DNA of 64,000 bases from Chrysomallon squamiferum (Eukaryota > Animalia > Mollusca), in the NCBI GenBank assembly GCA_012295275.1, contig CM022672.1, positions 62,001 through 126,000 on the forward strand, given 5' to 3'. The notes below the pieces were generated by a model. That model was not told where the DNA came from, ran no database searches, and saw only the letters and a program-made list of their open reading frames with translations. This document shows, one piece after another, positions 53,301 through 64,000 of this stretch (positions are counted from its first letter, which is position 1; each line of letters begins with the position of its first letter). The translations under genes were made by a program, and so were the position numbers.

Positions 53301-53902
53301 AGGACCTTCTTTTTTCTTCATTCCTTCACTTATTTAAGGTTATGCAATTCAATACACACTTTTTAAAAAACCCAGCATATTCTCATATTAATACAGAGTA
53401 CAGAAATCAATCAATTGTAAACTATATTTTCTTGTGTCAGCTACACATTCATTTCCAGCCAATATTTTATATGCAATCAAGGTATTCGGTTGTAAACGGC
53501 AGCTGATGTTCAATGATTTATGGATCAGTTGTTCGCAGGTTAGTGGCAAAATACTAAGTATAAAAACTAACAAATATACATACTCACTACTCAGGAAAAC
53601 TTCAAATAAATATATAACTATATAATTAATAAATACTGTGCACATTATTAAGCTCTTCTTTACAAACAATAGGTGCTAGTTTGGCATGTGATCTACACAA
53701 TCTAGTGATCTACACTGACCAAATTCTATTCTGGTGTGTCAGCTAGATGCTTATTTGAATAATTATTTTTCACAGCATAAATGATCCAAATTTTCCTTTT
53801 ATTATGAAGTCATAATTTATAGGAACAAGGGCTAAAAGGTATATACATTTGAATAATTTTATCAATGAATTGAGCTAACATCTGCTAGAAACACAAGAAA
53901 AA

Positions 53903-54047
53903 GATCTTCCCTTTTCTTTGAGCTTCCTTCATTTCACCACCACCACAACAATGACATTGTTCAACATTTTCTCCATCATCTACAAGGCCATTTCTTCATA
54001 AAAATGTAACTGCCTTCATCTTGTTGATAAAAATCTTTAGCCGACAT
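53903..54047 (-). mobile_element. Possible Merlin/IS1595-like transposase N-terminal fragment
   Basis: Minus-strand peptide KAVTFL*RNGLVDDGENVEQCHCCGGGEMKEAQRK resembles the A..FL...GL...CxxC...M zinc-ribbon start of such transposases. Short, with a stop. Confidence 0.3.
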
Positions 54048-55112
54048 CTTAAGGGTTCTTTAGAAATTTTAAAGTAAATGAACAAGTAAAATCACAGAGT
54101 GCAATGTAGATTAACTACCACATCTATTCAGAAATAAAGTCTGCCTGGATGTGATGTTTTTATAGATGCATCAAGCATTAATCCTAACGGATTTTAATAT
54201 CTTCCTATCTAATCCATTTCTGATACTATTTAATCTATTTCTGAAACAAACTAGGTCAAATCTGTTGCATTACTTGACCTGTCTGCTATAAACAGACATT
54301 TTCTGTTAAAGAAATACAATTATCCTTTGTCATCATGCTCTTATCTTAAAGAAATGTTCTAGATTTGTTTTGATTTATTTATTTTTGGCTAGAGTGTGCC
54401 CTTTAAGTAGTCACACACCAAAATAGTTTCATGATGTACAGATCACACACCAAAGTAGCACCAAACAATAAATGTGTCACTAGTCAGACACATTGCATTC
54501 AGAGTAAATTAAGGGGACAGACAAGGAGGTAGTTATATCAGCACTGTAAAGTATTGGATTATGAAGAACACTAGAGGGATGTGGTTTCCTTTCTAAAGGA
54601 TGTTGATCATATATTTTTTGTTTTAAATTAATACAATTTAAAGAAAGGACAAATATCCTTAGGTATAAACAAAATTAAGTTAATAGGAACAATTCAGTAT
54701 ATATTTATTTTGTAAAGAAGAGCTGCTAACTACAGACATCATTTATTTCATATATCACATACAAAGATAAAAGGAATGATACTGATATGAAACTGAATAA
54801 TCACAAGAATTGGGAAGGAGGTGCTCTCTTCAGTATGAATACTATTTGGTGATCAACAGTTTATTCTGTAAGAGCAGAAATTAAAAAAATATATAAAATA
54901 CTTCTTCACTTTTCTGTATTCCTCAGAAATATAATACAAGGAAATCTTAAGGATAAACATGAAATAAGACTGAAGAGGGATGGAGTTGTCAAGCTCCAGA
55001 GATGGGAACCTTCCTTCCCACCAAAGATGAATAAATTTATAAAACACAAAGCTATTATGAAAATACAAATTCATTATTTATATATAATTTAATATTTCTA
55101 ATGAATTCAAAC

Positions 55113-55719
55113 CTTTATTGCTGATGTTATTATCTGTCCAGCTGCTGTCCATCAACCTGCATTTCCGTCTGTAAGTCTGACTGCTGTCTGAAAGCCTGCG
55201 TTTCAGTCTGTCAGTTTGATCTACTGTCCGAGCTCCAATTTGAACAAAAGTATTTTGATGTCCAGTTGATTCATTTGAATTAACTACTGATGATTTTCTC
55301 AATTTTTGCTTATCATGTAAAATGTTTTTTCTTCTATTTGTTTTTGAAGAATGATTATCGAGGAATGTTAATGATAGTTCATTTTCACAATTGTTAGTTA
55401 CCTCTGCAGTAGTGACAGGAAACAGAATACTGGAGTTTCTGCTACAGTTTTTACTGTAATTTCCAGAATCTCTTTTTGAAACAGGAGGCTCTTTTTGGAG
55501 TGTCTTGAAAGCTTTTGTACAGTAACTCTCACTAATAACATTTCCTGAACTCTGCAACATTTCACTTAATACATATCTTTCTTTTTTATGATTATCTATC
55601 TCAACTGCCAGATAACCACTCAGCTCAACACACTGATCAAATTCTATATATTCTCGACAAAATTTCTGCATTGCTTCAACAAATGAAGTAAAGAATTTCA
55701 CGGAATACTGTTTATCCAT
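55113..55719 (-). CDS. Common first coding exon of the multi-isoform factor: conserved uncharacterised N-terminal domain plus low-complexity region
   Basis: Long ORF MDKQYSVKFFTSFVEAMQKFCREYIEFDQCVELSGYLAVEIDNHKKERYVLSE..ISESY.., an upstream acceptor (exon starts 55849) and donor AAAG|GTTTGA (phase 1). The paralog at 63942 shows only synonymous changes. Confidence 0.82.
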
Positions 55720-56027
55720 GATGTCACAGAGTGTCAGTCTCTCTTTGCAACAATTGAGTCAAACAGCAATGTGCATTTACAAAAAAACTGTTCAACAAGA
55801 AAAAACAAATAACATCATCCAAAATACCTTTACTTGGACTTAACAAGATCTGAAAACAGATAAATGAAATCTGATTAGTTAAATATAAAAACTGTATTAT
55901 TATGTCTCACTTCCTTACAAGAGTAAATTGTTTTTTGGGGGGAGAGGGGATGGAAGGAGCATACATTAACTTCAAACCAAGATGAACACTAGTCAACATT
56001 TTTTGTTAACAGTCTGCTAAAATAAAA

Positions 56028-56029
<2 letters not shown>

Positions 56030-56094
<65 letters not shown>
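56030..56094. repeat. (GA)n microsatellite
   Basis: Pure dinucleotide run. Confidence 0.95.
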
Positions 56095-56096
<2 letters not shown>

Positions 56097-57155
56097 AATT
56101 TCTCAGGTTTATAATATATATTTATTATATATTTTGAGTTAGTTTTTGTCTAAGTTGATGTGCAGTTTGATGTTTAAATGTGAACAGTGCATTAATTCTA
56201 CAAACATCTGATATGAAATAAATTCAATCAGTTTTGAATTATGAATATGATACATAAATGATTATTGCAACTGTCTGCGGATATATACTGTTTTTTCATA
56301 CATAAAAGTATGGCAGCAAAGGAATGATTAACACATTATAGAATTTATTGTTAATTTGAAAGAAAAATAAAATGTAAAATTCTTACTTATTCAATTTACC
56401 ACTGATATGTATCATTTGTACTGCTTTAAAAAAGTATAACTTAAACATTATTCATCATGGAATAATTAAAATGAAAATACAATTGACTAAAACAAGTCTA
56501 TGTTATGATTAAATATTTGGTAACAAGAAATTAATCAAATTCCTATGAAATTGAATGAAAAAGTACTTATCTTTTATTTCCTTCTAAACTTAATAGTTCT
56601 GTGTATATGTGTGTATGTGTGATCTTTAATAAAACTAGGGAGCAACAGTTTTAATTCAGTAACTAATTGAACCATATGATAAGGCCGAAGGCAGCCATTT
56701 TGTTCATTAAGACAACTACTTACATCGTGAAAAGCAATGTATTCCTGATGAGGTGTTTCAGGATTTTTCTGTGTTGTTATAGTCTTTAAATGATTCTGAA
56801 CATAATACTTAGACAAATATACACTTACGATAATCTAAGAAGCATGTCAACCATTTATGTTACTTAACAGCAAAAACTATAAATAACACGATTTTTTTTT
56901 TTTCGCTTAGTTCCTAACCGCCAAGAATTACCTCCCTTGCATTTGACAATGGGTTTTGACTGAAAATTTAAATTTTTAACAACACTGAATTCTGTGTCAT
57001 AAAACGTAAGTTTGTAAATTTGGAACTATAAATTTTTGACACAAGACTTTGTTAAGTACTAATATGTGATAGAGATTATTTATGTTTAACAGAGTTTTAT
57101 ACCCTTATACAGCATAAAGCAAATGCAAATTACTAACGACAAAAAAATATATAAA

Positions 57156-57202
<47 letters not shown>

Positions 57203-57277
57203 AATAAATAACACAAACATTTCAATCTATATAATTTTACTTTCTTGTCTCATCAACTGTCCAAAACCAGATCAGTC

Positions 57278-57279
<2 letters not shown>

Positions 57280-57342
<63 letters not shown>
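57280..57342. repeat. (TC)n microsatellite
   Basis: Pure dinucleotide run. Confidence 0.95.
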
Positions 57343-57345
<3 letters not shown>

Positions 57346-58591
57346 GCATCTATCTGATATAGGTGATTTTGATACATTATCTCTTAAGAAAACAGTAAGG
57401 TAAGAACTTTATAAAAAGGTTTTCAAATGGAACCTAAAACAGTAAGCCCTACAAAATAACCTTCCCTGCTAACAAGCAAAATAATACCGTACATGCAATT
57501 ATTTCTTGTGAAAAGTGAATAGTGGCTTACCATTTCCAAAATTGAATTTAATGCTAAAATATATTCATCTACAAGATTAATTTAAAAAACACAATAAATA
57601 AATAAATAAAAAGTCAGTGCAGTAATCTGAAGTATCAGTTAAAAAAGAACATCGAAAAACATTCAGGGTTTGACATTTCTTTTCTCGTATAGGAAAACAT
57701 CTAATTCCATTTTTTTTTTTTTTTTTTTTTTTTCAAATCTCAATTCATCTTAGCTTAGGAATGAACAGATTTAAAAAAAAAAAGCTAAAAAAAAAAAAGT
57801 AATTAAGTTGCAATGAAGAAGGAAAAAAAACACCTTGTAATTTAAAAATAGATGTTTGTCCCTAAATGTTGTGAAATGTATCATAACTAATATATAACCC
57901 AAAGCTGGAGATATTGCTAAATCGAATAAGCAATAAATAATATAGCTTTACAAACAGCAATATTCAGTCTACCAGATTTCCTTCATCTTGCTGAATTTAC
58001 TGTTTATCTTCTGAAAATTTAAACAAGTCAAACGGTAATTCCCTGTAACTTAGTGACAAAATAGTGGCACTATACATGTCAGTTTAACGGTATGTCACAG
58101 TTATATGTGTATGCAGCTAAAATCAGCATAACAACTTATCGATAATTTTCTACAGATGGTTGTTTTTCTTTTTCATATCAGATTAGCTTAATTCATTCGT
58201 TAATAAAATGCCAAGATAATACTAATTTACTGAGACCTTAATGTCTTGACTCCATATATATAAAATACTGAAGCAGTATTTAAGTTCCTTGGCTGCTCAA
58301 TTTATGCTTTCACTAACAAATATATAAAATCATAAATTTCTGAAAAATAATCCTTTTTATATTTTTCATGGCTTGTGTAATAGTTGACTTTGGAGATACT
58401 GATTTATTATTATTTTTATTATTATTATTATTATTATTATTTAGCTGAATAATATTTGTTCTTCTAGATCTATGAATTCTTAAGGAAAGTTGATTTTAAA
58501 CATTGCATGAATGTGTATTTGCCTAATATAAAATTAACACTTCACAAAAAATTTATGTTATCTTTTATTATCGTATTTATTTATTATAATA

Positions 58592-58639
<48 letters not shown>

Positions 58640-61302
58640 GTGACAAGGGGAAACAAGCAGATCTGTTAGCTACCTATAGGCTGGTATATCACTAAGGAAT
58701 AAACAAACAAGACAGGGTTTCCAATTAAAGAGCTTTAACACTTGGGAATCCCTAATATAGTAATATTAATATATACAACAAGGTAACTCTGGCGTCTTCA
58801 AGGACAAACTGACCAGGTTCATAAAACCATAGTTAATTAATACAAATCATCATAAAATTTCTGCAGTGGCAAAACTAAAAAATTAAACCAATACAAAAAC
58901 GTTGATGTTTAGATAAAAAGTAAAATAATTATAAAATTACATATTCAACAAACACATAATTAAATAAATAATATAAAGTTCGATACAATCAAATCTGGGG
59001 AGAAGTCAATAGTAAAGTTCATTCACTCCTGATATAAGTTTGACCCCATTCCATGTGTTAAATATAATCTTTAAAAAAAGCAATTAACTTCAGCAGGGGT
59101 TCAGCTGAAAACGTATTGAAATGAGAATGAATATGATATTCTTTATTCATACCATTATTTCAATGTGTATAATTTATACATCGGCAGTAATGTTTTTCTT
59201 TGTATTTATTTAATCAAATGTAGATGGGAGTTTGTACACATAGTCGTACTGTTACAGACTTTCTTTTTCCTTTACTTCTTTTATTATTGTGTTAATTAAT
59301 TAATTTAATTGTCTGTTTGTTATTATTTGATAGAACGCGTTTTCTTATTCGTCATCTCGTAAAAGATCACAGAACTATTAACAGATGAATTTTGTTATTT
59401 ATCAACAACAAAATGATTATACTACTATAAGTTTGTAATAGATGCTGGGGAAAAAAGCATGATGGACATAACAATTTTTCATGCATCCAAGTATCTTTTT
59501 AATGACAAATATCTGATAAACTAACATTAAAATTAACAAAGATTGAGCTTATTAAGTTATTAGCTATCGCAATTTGTTTTTCTTCAGTATACGGTTTTAG
59601 TTCTAATACCATCTTTTAACATATATATCGTCCTTGATAAGGCATGAAATTAATAGATAATAAATATCTTTTTCCTTTTTATGAAACAGCCTTAACTGCA
59701 AAGATCTTTTCGTAAAAATGAAAAATTTATTACATTTTATTCGATATTTAAGATGCCGTTTATTTTTATTTTCTCGTTAAATTATTTTACCATATTCGAA
59801 GTGCGTCCGGAAAAGGAGGAAGACACATCAAAGAAATCGTGCAAAGAGTGACCCACGCTAAGCGACAAATGGTGAAATTTGCAAATAATTGAATGTTTTT
59901 AGTTGCTAGAAGTAAGTATTAATTGGATATTATATACAATGAATCTTGCTGATATATGGTGTATATTAAATATTTATAATAAAACAATATTCAAATCAGT
60001 TACAGATGATTTTGGTGCAATGGTTTGCCGTAATAAATTACCACTCTTTGTTGAAGTCGCTAGACTTGATTGAGGTTATTTAGAAAATGTATATCCACTA
60101 AACACGTTTCCCGAAAATTAATGTTTTGGATGCATTAAGAGTCGATCCTTATTAAATTAAAAAAATAATCTATTTCGTGTCCAGCAGGAAAAAAAAAAAT
60201 TGCTTGCCCTCTAAAGGAATAACCTTTTAATTAATCTAGAATTTAATTTATTTATTTTAATTGTTTTAATATATAATAATATATGTATTAAAAAAACAAC
60301 TAAACACGAACATATATATATTATGTTCGTGTTAATTAAATGATTCAGTATTAATAGAACAGTTTGTTCTTAGTCGTGTATTCCTATTCTGAGTTATTAT
60401 CAGGTTTGCTACCCTAAAAAGCAAAATGTACTGGTGTTAAGAATTGGTCCAGAATGTTAATTCTCTCAGTTACAAAAACTATTAGCCTTCACTAGAAATC
60501 CATAGCCAGTACATTATCTAATTTATTATCTATATATAAATAAAATTAGTTCATAGGTAAAATTTAAACAATGAAGATGCGGAATGCTGGACGGATGTTG
60601 TTTTATTTGTTGTACCAACTAGTGGCAGTATAATTGAAGCTCACTCATAACTTGGATTTTGGCTTGCAGCTCAAAGCAAAAACTCGACAGGGCTACTGCT
60701 TGTAGTTGGGGCACCACTCTATTTGTTTCTTCATGTATTTATGTCTGAGTGTTTATTCTACCAGACACAATATCAGCTGCATACATTTATTCCACTAGAT
60801 ATCCATATGCAATAGTTTCTTCCATCAGACTTTAATGTTATTGTATATTTCTTTGATGTTCCAGCTTCCTTCCTTGTTTTTTCTTAAAGAAAGTGGACAA
60901 AATTGGACAAAATATTTTTTTCACATTCTGGCTGTTGGCAGCTTGCTCTCTAATGTCTTTGGTTAATCAGATTTTACAAGCATAATTTATGTTAACTTAA
61001 TATTATAACAAATATCATGTCACATGAAAAGAATAATATTACAGCAGTGTCTGTCTTAACCTGTTTTTGACCAGTGATATAACCATTTCATCAGACAGAA
61101 AAGTATTAATTAATCTGACTAAAAATTAACTGGAAATAGAATATGAATAATACACTTATGTCTTTAATTTGTTTTTAGAAAACTGAATAAATGCTTCTCT
61201 CATGGTCTGTTCAGCAGTTGGAAGGGATTTGTTTGTTTGTCCCAATGGCAGAGCCAAGCATGTTCTGCCTTAGTGATCTGAAACTGATTGTGATAGTTAT
61301 AT

Positions 61303-62692
61303 AATCTCTCAAAAAAAGAAATGCAGAATGGTTGATTTCTTAGATAACTATTGTAAAGTGACACATATTGATGTACAAACTATAAATATAATGACGTTTG
61401 GTGATTCAAATGTATAGCTTTTGTTACAGTCGCCAAAAAGCAGGTAACACAAAATAAAGGCTATGATCATGTTTAATAGCCAAAACGTTCCCGCATGCAA
61501 ACCACATTACCAGTGCATGTGCACCTTCAGCACATGAAACTTGAATATGAGGGTTATAAAAATGCAAGGTTTTCAAATACTTCTGTTCGTTATTTTTGTT
61601 CTGACCTAACATCTGAGTGAACTGCAACGAAACAACACCATCGGCCGTTTACAAGCTGGTGAATCCTTCTCGGACATAGCACTGGTGTTCCATGTATCCC
61701 CAAGCACCATCTTGAGATTGTGGTATCGGTTCCAGCAACACCAAACAACAAGTGATCGTCCCAGATCAGGTAGACCACGTGTAACCACCAGGGCCCAGGA
61801 CTGCTACATACAGGTACTTCATCTATGGGAAAGAACCACCATGGCAACCTCTACTGCTTCAGCAATACCAGGTCTGCATAGAATATTGGCTCAGACAGTG
61901 CACATAATTTACGCAAGGCAGGTAGGTATTCAAGCCAGACGGCCTGTAAGAAGAGTGGTTTTGACTCAGCAACATCATTGACTACGACGTCATTGGTGTC
62001 AAGTGCACAGAGTCACGCCTCAGTTACGATGGAGAACTGTCTGGTTAAGTGACAAGGCTCAATTTTTGCTTCGTTGAGCTGATGGAAGATGTCAAGTTTA
62101 CAGATGTTGTGATAAACATTTTGCTGCAAATTGCATACAGGAAGCAGACAGATTTGGCGGTGGTAGTGTGATGGTGTGGGCAGCAATCTCATACACTGGC
62201 AGGACCGACCTGGTTCACATCCAAGGCAACTTAATGGTACAGAGATACTGAGATGAAATTTTGCAGCCACATGTCACTCCAATTATGAATAATGGTAACA
62301 CTGTATTCCAGCACGACAGTGCAAGACTACATACACCCAGACTCGCAACAGCGTACCTACACAACAATAACATTTAGGTCCTGCCCTGGCCCTCTAAATC
62401 TCCGGATCTGAACCCTGCAGAGCATTTATGGGACGAGTTAGATAGACAACTGAGGCAGCATCAACCACAGCCATAGAATTGTGCTCAGTTGGCATTATTA
62501 CTACAGACAGAGTGGGCCACCATTCCACAAGGTGTAATTCGTAATGTCATTACTGCCATAGGAAGGAGATCTCAGGCAGTTCTGAACTCCCATCGTGGGC
62601 ACACAGTATAATACCATCAGTATTAATGAATTGCAAAAGTGTGTGTAAAATGTGAACATTCTGCTGCTTTCTGTTTATTTTTTATTAGAGTA
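61303..62692 (+). mobile_element. Tc1-family transposon, near full length, inactivated
   Basis: Transposase remnants DRPRSGRPRVTT, ARRPVRRVVLT, GSVMVWAAIS..GRTDLV, VFQHD, VLPWPSKSPDLNPAEHLWDELDR and GHTVY* with stops and frameshifts. Degenerate TIRs (..CTCTCAAAAAAAGAAATGCAGAATG / CATTCTGC..TTTCT..TTTTTT..AGAG) with TA flanks. Confidence 0.9.
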
Positions 62693-63941
62693 TATTTTGT
62701 TGATTTCAATAAATTAAAATTTGTTGTTGAAGGGTCCAAAGGCCCAAGTTGTGAAGCATGGTTATTTGATAAAGATGATTCATAAAAGATGACAGATCTT
62801 TGCAACTATAATTTACACATTCACAGTCTTGTTTACAAGTTTATGCATTATTATATTTGTGCTTCTTAAACAATATATTCAGCTCACATTTTGTCAAAGT
62901 ATACAATTGCCATTTTTAAAGATGTGTCAGTCACATGATTAAATTTGAAAAACTGGATACGCATTTCCACTTAACAATCTGTAACTGAACATTCGATTGA
63001 ATGGTAGGCTTAGAAAATGAGTTATTATCTAAAGCTTATCTAGTTGTTATGACAAAACAAATCTGAAAAATGTAGGGGAAGCAATGTAGATCATTTTCAT
63101 TTGTGATACTTGATTGTTAATTATATATAAAATGTCTGCCAAAATTGGTCTAAAATGTCTCTTTCTTTTTCAGGCACTTTTCAGAACAATTTAATGCAAA
63201 TATGAAGGGTAGCATTAGTAAATGTTTCTTTTTACTGCTCAAAAATGATCTTTTAAATGAAACATGAAAGAAGATATGATCAGGGATGTAAATCTGCAGA
63301 AAACAAAAAATTGGCACATTGACTAAATTGCATATTTTCTGCTGCCACACGTTGTCTTAAAACCTGTCCTGCCTTAAGCTCTAAAAACTGCCTTTTCATA
63401 ACTTGAATTACTGGCAAGATCACTAGCAGTCACCTAGATCAAGTTATGTTATGAATTCTCATAATTACAATGATGGGTGGTTGTCACTTCCAGAAAAAAG
63501 CCAGCTATAGCAATTGATATATCAGAATGAAGAGATACGTTGTAAACAATAAATCCTAAAATATACATTATCGTAATTTATAGATCTGAATGAAATTCAT
63601 TTTTCTTTTCTCTGATATACATACTCTATTATGCATTAAAAAAAAGTAATAATAATAATTTAGTTGACTTGCTATCAAATTTTTCATTACTAACATTATT
63701 TTGTTTTGTTTCATTTTTTTCTTGCAAAAGAAAATGTTATTTAGAACTAAACAGGTGATCACATTTATTGAATTTATAAATAAAATATTTTGTTAGGCCC
63801 TTGACAGTATTTGTGTGTGTGTGTGTGTGTGATTGGTTTTTTTTAATTATTATTTCTTTTTTATTATTTTATACAAGATATTTTATTTAAATTTTAATTT
63901 AAAAAAAATATTTCTCTTCCAGATTTTTGTTGAAATATACA

Positions 63942-64000
63942 ATGGATAAACAATATTCAGTGAAATTCTTTACATCGTTTGTTGAAGCAATGCAGAAATT
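63942..64000 (+). CDS. 5' end of an inverted paralog of the 55719 gene (runs off window)
   Basis: Acceptor TTTCTCTTCCAG at 63922, then ATG GAT AAA CAA TAT TCA GTG.. = MDKQYSVKFFTSFVEAMQK, identical in protein to the minus-strand gene. Confidence 0.85.
   Translation, partial: MDKQYSVKFFTSFVEAMQK

Noticed and set aside
56030-57342. Complementary (GA)n and (TC)n tracts that could pair in pre-mRNA
   Set aside because: Such microsatellites are common in this kind of genome; no evidence beyond coincidence.

Overview
Eukaryotic, AT-rich, intron-containing animal DNA. The TTAGGG-type telomere repeats and gene content suggest a non-arthropod invertebrate, probably a mollusc or other lophotrochozoan (inference). 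Bases 1-17280 are a ~374-bp satellite in two inverted, sequence-distinct arrays separated by a 200-N scaffold gap; the ORFs listed there are repeat artefacts. Next come a second composite repeat, a disrupted hydroxylysine-kinase-like (HYKK) gene, two diverged satellite monomers and a degenerate (CCCTAA)n tract at ~25.5-25.8 kb. A gene-dense block follows: prohibitin-1 (minus, 6 coding exons, 272 aa) head-to-head with La/SSB (plus, 13 coding exons, ~416 aa, with a U12-type intron and a GC-AG intron). The most interesting feature is a minus-strand transcription-factor-like locus (55719 down to 38468). Shared exons encode an unrecognised non-BTB N-terminal domain and an acidic linker. They appear to be joined either to a CENP-B-type HTH or to one of an array of phase-matched terminal exons, each encoding a Tramtrack-like pair of C2H2 fingers; several apparently decayed copies lie in the array. 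This resembles the lola/mod(mdg4)/Broad layout with a different constant domain. An inverted paralog starts at 63942 on the plus strand. Several DNA-transposon relics and minisatellites are interspersed. All gene models were read by hand and are untested against RNA data.
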